Shown here piece after piece: positions 47,801-56,795 of a stretch of DNA of 64,000 bases. Numbering within the stretch: the stretch's first letter is position 1; each line of letters starts with the position of its first letter. The notes below the pieces were generated by a model. The model worked only from the letters and a program-made list of their open reading frames with translations, had not been told where the DNA came from and did not search any database. The position numbers were made by a program, and so were the translations under genes. The stretch covers positions 66,144 through 130,143 of the forward strand of contig CAITMK010000014.1 in assembly GCA_903893485.1 (NCBI GenBank), in the 5' to 3' direction. This DNA is from Candidatus Magasanikiibacteriota bacterium (GTDB taxonomy: Bacteria; Patescibacteriota; Patescibacteriia; Magasanikbacterales; 2-02-FULL-50-9b).

Positions 47801-50668
47801 ATTGCCTTGCGTTGACCAATCCGTACCACCATTTGAGGTTGTGTAGACATATCCATTGTCCATGGTAGCAGCGACCTTATTTCCAGCAGCATTCATAGCG
47901 ATGCCTGTCCAATACTGTGTACCTGCGTTATCCTGACGCGTCCATACCCACGCACCATCTGTTTTGGTAGCAAGCCATATATAGCCGTAATCAGAGGCCG
48001 CAGCAATTTTTGTGCCATCACTATTCATTGTGATGCCCTGCCATCCAGCCGTACCTGGATCGGTTTGCTGCGTCCATACCCATGAGCCATCAATCAAATC
48101 CCCAGTCCAAATTGAGCTATTTGTTGCAGCAGCTACCACGTGATCGCCAGCGGTATCTTCGGCAACCGCACGCCAACAATTGCTGCCAGGATCATTTTGT
48201 AGTGTCCATGTCCACACACCATCGGTCTTAACACCAAGATACAAACTGTTACACCAATTTGCAGCAATTGCACGGTCACCTGCACCGTCAACTGCTAATC
48301 CATACCACAGCTTTCCGTTTGTATTATTCAGCGCTGGAGTAAGTGCATGCTGAGTTTCCATGTTGCTATCTGCAAGATGGTTTGCGTAATCATCCCAACT
48401 CGCATGCGAGATTGTGTCATACGCAATCATACTTGTTGATGAAGCATCGGTTGTCCACTGAATTGGAAGCAAGCCGCCATTTGCACCAACATTGGTAATC
48501 GTTACCGGACTGAAACTACTATCCGCCTGCGCTAATACCCACGAAGCTCCATCACCATCCTTGTACTGCGTGCCAGTCTTGTCTCCCGATAGCGTACAAT
48601 CCGTACCGCAATGCGCGGATCCAAGATGTTCCCACGCTGATGACAAAAAATTCCAAATCGAAATTGAAACTTGCTTGCCGTCTGGCACCGCACCATGACC
48701 CTGCCAATTAACCGTAAACTTTGGCTGGGTAATTCCCGTAAAATCCGTCGTAAATTTAAATACCTGAGAATCGAAACCGTTATCAATCTGAGAAAGTGCC
48801 GTGGTTAAATACGAACCATCGTGTGCGAGAATTGGATCGAATGAGCCAAACGCACTTCCTGGTTCTTCCGGTGTGGTACTCGCATTTGCGCTTTCATACG
48901 CAGCCACTGCGTTTGAGGTTATATTTGTTGGCGCATACGAAAAATTTAGAATTGCACTACCGTTATTTTCATAATATTCAACTGTAATAGTATGATCGCC
49001 CGCAGATAATGTTTCAACTTGAGTATCTGGACTCCATGGCGCATCACCACGATTTTGCCAACCATCCATTATGAGTGCCCCGTCAAGATACACTTTTGCA
49101 CCGTCATCGCTATCATCCTGAAACAAATAATCACCCGCATCAAAATGCGTCGTCTTACTAAATCGAGCAAGAAAGCCGTCGTTATTAATACCATTGCCCG
49201 GCGAACCATTTGCCCAATTAAATGCAATCACACGAGAGTTTGCGATATATGTCGGTGCAGTGGTTGGAAACTGAGGTCTGCTTGATGCGCCAGTTGGCAC
49301 ATTCCAATATTCAGCCAAATAGGAATCAGAATTCCCCCTCTCAAGTGGCCATAGATACGCAACATATGAATCATCAACGCCGCTAAAATAATAAATTTGA
49401 TCAACAGACGAAAAATATGTTTCCCCATCTAGATAACCGGGTTTTGTAAAATTAAATGCGATATTTGATCCATCAGAGCAGGAAGCAGCGTCGGGCGGCA
49501 TACCCACAACTTGCCCGTTTACATCCGTGGTGCCAAACTCTGTCCACGAACCATTGCAAAGCACTTTTACGTCCGCGCCGGAAATTGGTGTGCTGGTTGA
49601 GCTCAGCAAATTAAATTGCACATGGCCAAGCGCTGGACCGGAATTGTTTGCGTTCCATGTGGCGCCAGCATCGGAAGAGTTATAAAAATCGCCATATCTT
49701 TTCGCCGCAAGCCACATGTCACCATTTGTGTTAACCGCAACCGCGCCCCAATCAGCTGAGCCAGATGCATTATCATGGCTCGACCACGTTGCTCCACCAT
49801 TTTCTGATGTATACACATAACCACTATCGCCGGTCGAGAATCCATCGACAATATATTTATTTCCAGCGGAATTCACCGCAACAGAATTCCAATAGTGTGC
49901 CCCCAGATCAGTCATCGGTGTCCAATTCTGCCCCGCATCAGACGAAAGAAAAACATAGCCATATCCATACTCATCAGCTATCAAATTATTTCCACTCGCA
50001 TCAGATGCGATATTTTCCCAATTATGCGTGGTGTTCGTACCACTATTATTTGTCCAGGTGGCGCCATAATCTAATGAGGTATACACGTATCCATTATTTT
50101 GGTCAGTGGCAAATAATTTATCACCGAGGGCGTTTGAAGCAACTGAATACCAATAATGAATACCTACGGTCTTACGATCAGTCCATGTAGCACCATAGTC
50201 TGTCGAGGTCCATAAATCGCCAAGATTTTCTGACACAATAAGTTTGTCGCCCGCAGCATTTGAGGCGATCATATGTGCATTATGCGATCCTGTTATTGTT
50301 TGTCTTGTCCAGGTAAGGCCCGAGTCCGCGGAGACAAATACATGCCCTGATCCCTGTTCCAAAGCTGCAAAATGTGTGCCATCCCCAGATGATGCAATTG
50401 AAATCCAGCATCGATAACCCGCATTCGTACGTGCGGTCCATGTCGCACCACTATCGGTCGAGGTATAAAGATATCCACACCATGAACCCGCAATTACTTT
50501 AGTTCCGTCTGCTGAAGCCGCAAAGGTATTCCAGCTGTATGCTGCACCCGATGCAAGTACACGAGGGGTGTGCGAAAATAAAAAAACTGTAATTGCGAGC
50601 GCACATACTCCAATTACAGAAACCGCACAGAATAAAATTTTTTGTTTAAGGGTTTGCGGATGGGACAT
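44840..50668 (-). CDS. Giant cell-surface protein (1942 aa): N-terminal anchor, Asp-box (BNR) beta-propeller repeats, PA14-like domain, more Asp-box repeats, FN3-like domain, Pro/Thr-rich linker, C-terminal peptidoglycan-binding (PG_binding_1-like) domain
   Basis: At least 11 Asp-box motifs (YTSTDSGATWT, FVSADSGLTWT, WTSTDYGATWT, YTSLDYGATWT, YTTSNGGTDWS, YTSTDGGVTWV…). PA14-like segment (DAGDYLFQDDSDDGAKVYLDGALIMDGW…GDHTITVEYYENNGSAILNFSY). Linker TPSPTPTPAE…PPVQPPVQSVTPPPAAP. C-terminal LKIGATGADVKELQKFLNTNGF…TRFSQATAKAITKFQEANAL. Confidence 0.85.
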   Translation of the reverse strand: MSHPQTLKQKILFCAVSVIGVCALAITVFLFSHTPRVLASGAAYSWNTFAASADGTKVIAGSWCGYLYTSTDSGATWTARTNAGYRCWISIASSGDGTHFAALEQGSGHVFVSADSGLTWTRQTITGSHNAHMIASNAAGDKLIVSENLGDLWTSTDYGATWTDRKTVGIHYWYSVASNALGDKLFATDQNNGYVYTSLDYGATWTNNSGTNTTHNWENIASDASGNNLIADEYGYGYVFLSSDAGQNWTPMTDLGAHYWNSVAVNSAGNKYIVDGFSTGDSGYVYTSENGGATWSSHDNASGSADWGAVAVNTNGDMWLAAKRYGDFYNSSDAGATWNANNSGPALGHVQFNLLSSTSTPISGADVKVLCNGSWTEFGTTDVNGQVVGMPPDAASCSDGSNIAFNFTKPGYLDGETYFSSVDQIYYFSGVDDSYVAYLWPLERGNSDSYLAEYWNVPTGASSRPQFPTTAPTYIANSRVIAFNWANGSPGNGINNDGFLARFSKTTHFDAGDYLFQDDSDDGAKVYLDGALIMDGWQNRGDAPWSPDTQVETLSAGDHTITVEYYENNGSAILNFSYAPTNITSNAVAAYESANASTTPEEPGSAFGSFDPILAHDGSYLTTALSQIDNGFDSQVFKFTTDFTGITQPKFTVNWQGHGAVPDGKQVSISIWNFLSSAWEHLGSAHCGTDCTLSGDKTGTQYKDGDGASWVLAQADSSFSPVTITNVGANGGLLPIQWTTDASSTSMIAYDTISHASWDDYANHLADSNMETQHALTPALNNTNGKLWYGLAVDGAGDRAIAANWCNSLYLGVKTDGVWTWTLQNDPGSNCWRAVAEDTAGDHVVAAATNSSIWTGDLIDGSWVWTQQTDPGTAGWQGITMNSDGTKIAAASDYGYIWLATKTDGAWVWTRQDNAGTQYWTGIAMNAAGNKVAATMDNGYVYTTSNGGTDWSTQGNASGYGNWQAISSDATGNVLVTVGSNINTVNISTDGGATWIAQSGPGYSGWQTVSVSADGQKIIVGVDCGNMYTSTDGGVTWVLHSTLSGCWMSTAASSDGSTLLIGAWGGDIWASADAGATFEDTSGSRWYYRVRSINAEGNITTSDEYSMLYGLSSSCPFVWTYDGSKYNFIIDASSASTLGSGGDLNQWKATPFYKAMAFPNPESYVKIPHGELIPRTIGDETYYDVKTSFELNEVNYYDQAALQVIDHDPSVDVFPDYRNNRQIHTISKTAPAPVRVVDQDGIDVTSLIANDDHLSWHSSKTEIPTYVTIKLSNATSTPAHLKLVIKRGKEGPQSGGTGSDKLQYKNSSGVFVNVPAQYDPFNSTRIGTATSTRNYSNTYGMDTKVIDLSGLNIKDNEIRIWSSNNLLRWVINWMAVDTSPDQAVTVTNLAPYYADLHFRGVSELTSADPEDPLMQISQPVYDRLAKTVGGGNPVSGNATRYGDVLPLVTDVDNKFVIATQGDELALKYHVPVQAPGTTRDFLYKTWDFHKSYHNPTGDTIAPLPFNEMTQYPYHTETENYPTDADHNAYQSTYNTRAINWGTYVNAPQGIHHSLNTDLLQLVITNSLSATVTASSSPGVWNGYVVVVGNFNPLDDSLATARGFDYGLTDSYGMTTNETKEDGFSSNSFSTTLTGLQCNTLYHYRARATYLGGTVYSGDQTVTTNPCQVGGGGSSSGGSGNAISTPSPTPTPAEHSNDSHSDTPVQTPATTLPPVQPPVQSVTPPPAAPVAAGETQSLVHVDAAGAPPAVVAGAASVQTTVIAPVSQTYTDQTHHITIVSIDYAAGTVTIRVESTPQIFTLKLAKLVSVDLDNDKIPDISIALTDLKQNNAVLDVKSLLDKTAVSEAQSIKNTYVFTRNLKIGATGADVKELQKFLNTNGFVVAKSGPGSPGNETTRFSQATAKAITKFQEANAALILKPLKLKKGTRNFYDYTRKVINATKK

Positions 50669-50782
50669 AGGATAGGTACGAAGTAAAACTTAATTGCCAA
50701 TTATTATATCAAAAAAAATGCTCGTCGCCTATGACGAGCGCAAAACTCTTAATAAAAAGAAGATCTAAAATTTGCAACAGCT

Positions 50783-51079
50783 CTATTTAATCAAAAATTT
50801 CTTGCCATACAAAGACATCGCGTCAATGATTTTAGCTAATTTAGAGCCTTGTTTTGTAATACGATAAAATGAGTCTTTTTTTAAAAGAATACCTTCTGCT
50901 TCCAAATTCTTAAGTTTGCTCGTTAACGTGCGTGTACTGATACCGGACAACGAAGATTCGAGCTCAGTAAAACGCATTTTGCCGCGTAGCAAGTCGCGAA
51001 TAATAAGCATGGTCCACCGATCGGACAATAAACTGGCAACACGCGCCACGGGACATTCTGATGGTTCATGAGATGACAT
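50783..51079 (-). CDS. HxlR-family winged-helix transcriptional regulator
   Basis: CPVARVASLLSDRWTMLIIRDLLRGKMRFTELESSLSGISTRTLTSKLKNLEAEGIL matches the HxlR/DUF24 pattern. Confidence 0.75.
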   Translation of the reverse strand: MSSHEPSECPVARVASLLSDRWTMLIIRDLLRGKMRFTELESSLSGISTRTLTSKLKNLEAEGILLKKDSFYRITKQGSKLAKIIDAMSLYGKKFLIK

Positions 51080-51175
51080 GACAAAAGCATAGCATTTTGG
51101 CTTTACTTTGTAAAGGCTTTACAAAGTAAAGTAACTACGCTACACTGTTTCTATTCACTCAATAACTTCTCTTCT

Positions 51176-51700
51176 ATGAGCACATGGACCATTGACGGCG
51201 CACATTCAGAAATCGCCTTTAAAATCAAGCATCTCGTAATTTCAACGGTACGCGGCACGTTCAAAAAATTTAGCGGCGTCGGTATTGCCGCAGATGACAC
51301 CTTTGAAAATGCGGCAATCAACTTTACCGCCGAAACTGCGAGTATTGAAACAAATAACGAAGGTCGTGATGAGCATTTACGTGGCGCTGATTTTTTTGAT
51401 TCCGCAATCCACCCTACCATTAATTTTGTTTCAACTTCATTTACAAAAAAAGATGGAAATCTTTTTGAACTAGTTGGTGATCTGACCATGAAGGGTGTTA
51501 CCAAATCAGTTTCACTCACAACTGAATTTAATGGCATCGGCAAAAATATGGGTGGCCAACGTTTTGCAAGTTTTAATCTTTCTGGAACTCTTAATCGTAA
51601 CGATTTTGGACTTACCTGGAATTCAATTCTTGAAATGGGCGGCCTTGCGCTCAGCGAGGAGCTTGTTTTGGAAATGACCATCGAAGCAATCGAAGAATAA
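51176..51700 (+). CDS. YceI-family (polyisoprenoid-binding) protein
   Basis: WTIDGAHSEIAFKIKHLVISTVRGTFKKFSG…NNEGRDEHLRGADFFD YceI-like domain. Divergent from the HxlR gene. Confidence 0.8.
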   Translation: MSTWTIDGAHSEIAFKIKHLVISTVRGTFKKFSGVGIAADDTFENAAINFTAETASIETNNEGRDEHLRGADFFDSAIHPTINFVSTSFTKKDGNLFELVGDLTMKGVTKSVSLTTEFNGIGKNMGGQRFASFNLSGTLNRNDFGLTWNSILEMGGLALSEELVLEMTIEAIEE

Positions 51701-51712
51701 AAATCAGAAAAT

Positions 51713-51742
51713 AAAAAAACCTCCCAATCGGGAGGTTTTTTT
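51713..51742 (+). terminator. Rho-independent terminator after the YceI gene
   Basis: AAAAAAACCTCCC-AATC-GGGAGGTTTTTTT. Confidence 0.6.
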
Positions 51743-51914
51743 ATTTTCGTTTTTTCTTTTGTCCTCCACGAACCTGCGGCTCATGTGGCTGCGGAATATT
51801 TTGCACTAACACTTTTTTAGTTGCCAACCGTCCGCTCGGTCGACCAATAATTTTTTTACCTGCGCTCATATAATAATTTTATACGGTCATCATAGCTTGA
51901 CATGAATCTACATG

Positions 51915-52172
51915 TCAATCATTGGTGATGTCTTTTCCATTTTCATTTACGACCTGGATAATTCCTACTGGGCAACATTGCGCGGCATATTTATTATCTT
52001 CAATTTCGATGTCCGCAATCTCGGCAACAAATACATCATTTTTTTGCACGGCGCGTTTTAAACACGCTTTGCCGTCTTCTGCATTCATTTCCCAGTTCCC
52101 TGGCGATGTTTCAACGCATGATCCGCATCCAATACATGCATCACGAAAATGAATTATTTTGCATTTGCTCAT
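51915..52172 (-). CDS. Small 4Fe-4S ferredoxin-like protein
   Basis: CIGCGSC…C cluster-binding pattern plus a distal CCP. 85 aa. 4-nt overlap with the upstream U32 gene. Confidence 0.6.
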   Translation of the reverse strand: MSKCKIIHFRDACIGCGSCVETSPGNWEMNAEDGKACLKRAVQKNDVFVAEIADIEIEDNKYAAQCCPVGIIQVVNENGKDITND

Positions 52173-53410
52173 ACAATGCGTTCGCGAATCACAAACAACT
52201 TATCGTTCACACGCACGCGCTCCGGCAATAAAATAGAAATCACATCTCCTTTTTTTGCAATCTGTGCCGGCTTATCATTTACAAATAAACTTTCGAGTTT
52301 TAGTTTTACCATGCCCGTGTTATCTCCGACAATTAATAGTTCTTCACCAACTTGCAAATCTCCCGAATCCAAAATAAATTCACCAACACTTTTTTGTGAG
52401 AAAAAATTAGTCACACGTCCAATCTGTACATTGTGCGTCTGCGTGTGCGAGCCGTATTCACCACTCCATTCACCCAATTCTTTTCCTAAATAATATCCGC
52501 CGTGCCAAAACCCGCGGTTATATACCGTCTCCAATTCCTTCACCCAGGCATCACATTTTTCTTTGGTATAAGTTCCCTGCTCAACCGCATCAGCGGCCTC
52601 ACGATAACATTTCGTTACCGTGTACACATAATCAACGGAACGGCCGCGGCCTTCAAGTTTTAAAACGCTCACACCTGCATCAAGCAACTGATCTACAAAT
52701 TGAATCGTACACAAATCTTTTGGCGACATCACATATTTATTATCGATCACCAATTCTTCGTTTGTTTCTTCATCAATCACGCGATAGGCGCGGCGGCAAT
52801 TTTGTGTGCACGCGCCACGATTTGCCGATGCATTATTTGTTGCCAAACTCATGTAGCACTTACCAGAAATCGCAACACACAGTGCGCCGTGCGCAAAAAT
52901 TTCGATTTGTACGAGCTGGCCATTTGGCCCCACTACTTTATCGCGCGCAATACCATCAACAATCGCTTTAATTTGTTTCAACGTTAACTCACGCGCCAAA
53001 ACAACCACGTCCGCAAACTTTGCAAAAAATTTAACTGCTTCCAAATTACTAACATTTTGCTGTGTTGAAATATGAATCTCCATGCCAATTGACGATGCAT
53101 ATTGCAGCGCTGCAATATCACACGCAATAATCGCCGTTACCCCTGCAGATTTTGCGGTGTCACAAATTTTCTTCATGAGCGTAATGTCATGATCGTACAA
53201 AATGGTGTTCACTGTAAGATACGATTTCACGCCCGCGGCTTTTGCAATTTCCACGATTTTTGGCAAATCAGTAACCTTAAAATTATTGGTGGAGCGCGCA
53301 CGCATATTAAGCTGCTCCACGCCAAAATATACGGAGTTCGCTCCAGCTTTAATGGCGGTTTGTAACGCGGCAAACGAGCCGGCTGGTGACATGATTTCGA
53401 TCTTGCTCAT
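52169..53410 (-). CDS. Peptidase U32 family protein (PrtC/YhbU/RlhA-like)
   Basis: Start MSKIEIMSPAGSFAALQTAIKAGANSVYFG…, a typical U32 N-terminus. Cys cluster near the middle. 413 aa. Confidence 0.8.
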   Translation of the reverse strand: MSKIEIMSPAGSFAALQTAIKAGANSVYFGVEQLNMRARSTNNFKVTDLPKIVEIAKAAGVKSYLTVNTILYDHDITLMKKICDTAKSAGVTAIIACDIAALQYASSIGMEIHISTQQNVSNLEAVKFFAKFADVVVLARELTLKQIKAIVDGIARDKVVGPNGQLVQIEIFAHGALCVAISGKCYMSLATNNASANRGACTQNCRRAYRVIDEETNEELVIDNKYVMSPKDLCTIQFVDQLLDAGVSVLKLEGRGRSVDYVYTVTKCYREAADAVEQGTYTKEKCDAWVKELETVYNRGFWHGGYYLGKELGEWSGEYGSHTQTHNVQIGRVTNFFSQKSVGEFILDSGDLQVGEELLIVGDNTGMVKLKLESLFVNDKPAQIAKKGDVISILLPERVRVNDKLFVIRERIV

Positions 53411-53510
53411 GGCCAAAAGATTAGTCCTTTTTTTGAAAATTGTCAATGAATAAAAACGGCGCGCAAACCCTGTGCCGTCTGGCATTGAGTTTGCGCGCGT
53501 AACAGCCTGC

Positions 53511-54119
53511 TTAGGGGCGAAGACAAACGCCCAAGATCGCGAACGCTGCCGCCGAAACGATCATGGTCGCCACGTTAACCCGGTCGAGCCACGGCCCATT
53601 TTGGTACCAAGGCAACTTCAGGAGCCGCAAGGGATGCGAGCCCAGAAAGATTACGAGCCACAGTCCGCTGCCCATGAGCACCAAATCGTGCACGGACCGG
53701 CCAGACGTTGCCGACGAGTAGAAAAGCAGCACCACCGTGATCACCGCACCCATGAACAGTGCGTGCATCCAGCCCGACAACGTTACGCGATGGTGCATGA
53801 CGTGCGCTTCGAACGCAGGGCTTTTGGCATACCACAACTGCGCAATCAAGCCGAGTGTGATTCCTGCCGTACCTGCGCGCCAGATGTTGTAGTTACTCCA
53901 CTGAGCATGGTACGTCCCGATGATGTACCCCATGAGCGGCGAGATGACGAGTAGGTCGCCCCACATTGCCAAATGTGCGTTCCACGGAATGCTGCGCGCC
54001 ACGTGATGGCGGTCCAACATTTGCCGCCACGAGAATGTACCTTCGATGTAAGAAAACAACCCGCCCCACATACACACCACAAAGAAACCGACTGCCCACA
54101 AAATTCCAACACTGTTCAT
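53511..54119 (-). CDS. Hypothetical polytopic membrane protein (GC-elevated)
   Basis: 202 aa, about 6 TM helices, His-rich loops. Confidence 0.5.
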   Translation of the reverse strand: MNSVGILWAVGFFVVCMWGGLFSYIEGTFSWRQMLDRHHVARSIPWNAHLAMWGDLLVISPLMGYIIGTYHAQWSNYNIWRAGTAGITLGLIAQLWYAKSPAFEAHVMHHRVTLSGWMHALFMGAVITVVLLFYSSATSGRSVHDLVLMGSGLWLVIFLGSHPLRLLKLPWYQNGPWLDRVNVATMIVSAAAFAILGVCLRP

Positions 54120-54271
54120 GATCCCCTCCCTGCAGCTATTCGCCGCGACATTGTAATTATGTTGGCAGAAAAACCTGAAAATGTCAACACCAAACTAGAC
54201 CAATCGTATAAAGTTATCCCCTAAAATAATACTAAAGATAGCGATGCCTGCTATACTCAACTTACTTAATT

Positions 54272-55870
54272 TTGTACCTTAAAAATATGCAGGGATTCAA
54301 TAGAATCTTGGGAAGCGCCACGACACTTTTATTCGTGTTAAGCTTTGCAGGACCCACAACCTTATTCGCCGCAAATCCACCACCACTCGGATATTCGATT
54401 ACCTATGGTATTCTTGCGAACACTTATACCAACACCACACTTGGAACAACAGTGGCTGGCGATATTGGTTACACAACTGCTCCAGCAATTGTGGCGGCTG
54501 GCGTTCACAACAATCTTGGCTCCGAAGCGCCGTATGCTGCGGCTGGAGCAGATCAAGGCACTGCATTAGCAAATTTAAATTCACAACCCTGTACTTTCAC
54601 TTTTGCACCAGGAGCAATTGATCTTTCAACAGATACAACTCACGGAACAATTGCCACATATGGCCCGGGTGTATATTGCAGTACCGGCGCAATGGATGTT
54701 GGCGGCCCTATTTCACTTAACGGCGCTGGCACCTATATTTTTAGACCAAGCGGCGCACTTACTTCAACAACCGGTTCTGTAATTTCATTATCTGGCGCGT
54801 CTGCTTGTAATGTATTTTGGACACCAGGAGGCGCAACATCATTGGCAACAAATACTACTTTTGTTGGTACTGATATTGATGTCGCTGGCATAACCGTTGG
54901 ATCAACTGTAACTTGGGTTGGCCAAGCATTAGCATTTGGAGGAACCATTAGCACTGACGCAGATACCATCAGCGTTCCAAACTGTACAGTTGTACCAAAA
55001 GCACCGATCGTTGGACAAGGTGGAGGTTACACAACACCAACCGCAGCCGTTGTACCACCACTTATTCATATTACAAAAATTCCAGACCCACTTTTATTAA
55101 CCGCTGGACCTGGATTAGTAACATACAATTACACGGTAACCAATGTTGGTCTTGTGCCAATGAGTAATATTACCGTCATCGACAATAAATGCAGCGCGGT
55201 TACCCTGTTATCTGGCGATTCAAATCTTGATTCAAAACTTGATGTTGGAGAAATTTGGAAATATCGTTGTGCCATGACGCTTTCCGAAACAACAACGAAT
55301 ACAGTTACCGCAACGGGGCAAGCAAGCGGTCTAACTGCAACCGATATCGCAGAATCAACGGTTGCTGTGAGCGCACCACTTCCTCCACCACTTATTGACC
55401 TTATCAAAATTCCAGACCCACTGGTACTTCCATCGACTGGTGGTGTAGTAAAATATACCTACACCGTTACCAATCCTGGCGTCACACCACTTAGCAACGT
55501 TTCGGTGGTTGATGATAAATGTATTCCCGTAAGCGGACCAAGTGGTGACACAAACAATAATAATTTGTTAGACATGAACGAGACGTGGACATATACGTGC
55601 AGCTCAGTGTTACACGAAACCACCGCTAACGTCGGCACTGCTACCGGGAGCGCCAATGGTATGTCAGCTCAGCATTCTTCAATTGCGCTCGTTGTTGTAA
55701 ATGCACCCGCACTAACAATAAAAACGCCAACCTCAACAGTTCCAAAATTACCAAACACGGGTGTTAACCAAAACAATAATTTCTTGCAAATTTGTTTTGG
55801 CCTTGTGGGATTATTTGCACTTTTAGCAGCGTTCTTTAAAGGCAAAGAAATTCTTGCATCGCGCCGCTAA
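54272..55870 (+). CDS. LPXTG-anchored surface protein: N-terminal ice-binding-like (DUF3494) domain plus two DUF11/CARDB-like repeats
   Basis: Signal peptide. LGYSITYGILANTYTNTTLGTTVAGDIGYTTAPA… resembles the DUF3494 N-terminus. Two roughly 100-aa repeats (IPDPL…YxYTVTNxG…). C-terminal LPNTG plus hydrophobic stretch plus KGKEILASRR. Confidence 0.75.
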   Translation: MYLKNMQGFNRILGSATTLLFVLSFAGPTTLFAANPPPLGYSITYGILANTYTNTTLGTTVAGDIGYTTAPAIVAAGVHNNLGSEAPYAAAGADQGTALANLNSQPCTFTFAPGAIDLSTDTTHGTIATYGPGVYCSTGAMDVGGPISLNGAGTYIFRPSGALTSTTGSVISLSGASACNVFWTPGGATSLATNTTFVGTDIDVAGITVGSTVTWVGQALAFGGTISTDADTISVPNCTVVPKAPIVGQGGGYTTPTAAVVPPLIHITKIPDPLLLTAGPGLVTYNYTVTNVGLVPMSNITVIDNKCSAVTLLSGDSNLDSKLDVGEIWKYRCAMTLSETTTNTVTATGQASGLTATDIAESTVAVSAPLPPPLIDLIKIPDPLVLPSTGGVVKYTYTVTNPGVTPLSNVSVVDDKCIPVSGPSGDTNNNNLLDMNETWTYTCSSVLHETTANVGTATGSANGMSAQHSSIALVVVNAPALTIKTPTSTVPKLPNTGVNQNNNFLQICFGLVGLFALLAAFFKGKEILASRR

Positions 55871-55882
55871 TCGAAAAACATT

Positions 55883-56479
55883 TTGTCCGCAAAAATTCTA
55901 AAATTTGGAATTCTTGGAGTAATCGTAGTTGGTTCTGTAGGCATGTATTTTCAAAATGCCTATGGCACCTCTTCGTATTCAATCGAATTCGCACCCTCGC
56001 TAGAAAATAATGCTGCCCTACCCGCCATTCATATTGGTGCGCCACAACGAATCCAAATTCCAGAAATTGCGCTTGATGCGGTAATCGAAAGCGTTGCTTT
56101 AACAGCAGACGGATCAATGGACGTACCAAAAGATCCTCTCAATGCCGGCTGGTATTCGCTTGGACCCCGACCAGGAGAAATCGGAAGTGCAGTTATCGAT
56201 GGTCATGTAAACTGGATACACAACAGTGTCGCTGTTTTTACAGATCTTCACAAAATAATATCAGGAGACACCATAATCATATCTGACGATACTGGCGCAC
56301 AAACAAAATTTAGCGTTCGCAAAACAGAACTCTACAACGCCGCAGAAAATGCAGCGGATATTTTTACATCAACAGATAATAAATCTCATTTAAATTTGAT
56401 CACCTGCGACGGAGAATGGGATAAAGTTGCGCGCCAATATAAACAAAGATTTATTGTCTTTGCAGACAAAGTTGATTAA
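55883..56479 (+). CDS. Sortase family transpeptidase
   Basis: N-terminal TM, catalytic His (VIDGHVNW), TLxTC active-site motif (LNLITCDGEWD). 12 nt downstream of the LPXTG gene. Confidence 0.75.
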   Translation: MSAKILKFGILGVIVVGSVGMYFQNAYGTSSYSIEFAPSLENNAALPAIHIGAPQRIQIPEIALDAVIESVALTADGSMDVPKDPLNAGWYSLGPRPGEIGSAVIDGHVNWIHNSVAVFTDLHKIISGDTIIISDDTGAQTKFSVRKTELYNAAENAADIFTSTDNKSHLNLITCDGEWDKVARQYKQRFIVFADKVD

Positions 56480-56487
56480 ATAGCGCG

Positions 56488-56790
56488 TTAAAATGTTTTG
56501 TCTAAAAGCTCAGCAAGTTTCTTTTTGGCGCTAATTGTAAACACAATTTTTTCTTCATCGCTACGCGCAGCCATCACTTGATTTATCTTTTCAAGATCGC
56601 CAGCCTGCATTGCCACGGCTAATTCTTTTGCATTTTCATCGCCTATCGTTTTCACGTATTCGCTCAAGCCAAATAACACAGCCAATTCAAAAGCGCCCAT
56701 GAGATACTTTTCAGTTTCTTCTTCGCTAATTCCCTGCGCTAATAATTTTTCGCGACCTTCCGCCAACTGATGTACAAAAATAGTAAGCAT
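56488..56790 (-). CDS. Hypothetical protein
   Basis: 100-aa helical acidic ORF. Confidence 0.4.
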   Translation of the reverse strand: MLTIFVHQLAEGREKLLAQGISEEETEKYLMGAFELAVLFGLSEYVKTIGDENAKELAVAMQAGDLEKINQVMAARSDEEKIVFTISAKKKLAELLDKTF

Positions 56791-56795
56791 ATAAA

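Noticed and set aside
51741-51869. 42-codon minus-strand ORF encoding a Lys/Arg-rich peptide (MSAGKKIIGRPSGRLATKKVLVQNIPQP…KKKRK) between the YceI and ferredoxin genes
   Set aside because: It is below the track length cutoff and has no clear ribosome-binding site. It could be a small basic protein, but I cannot support it from sequence alone.
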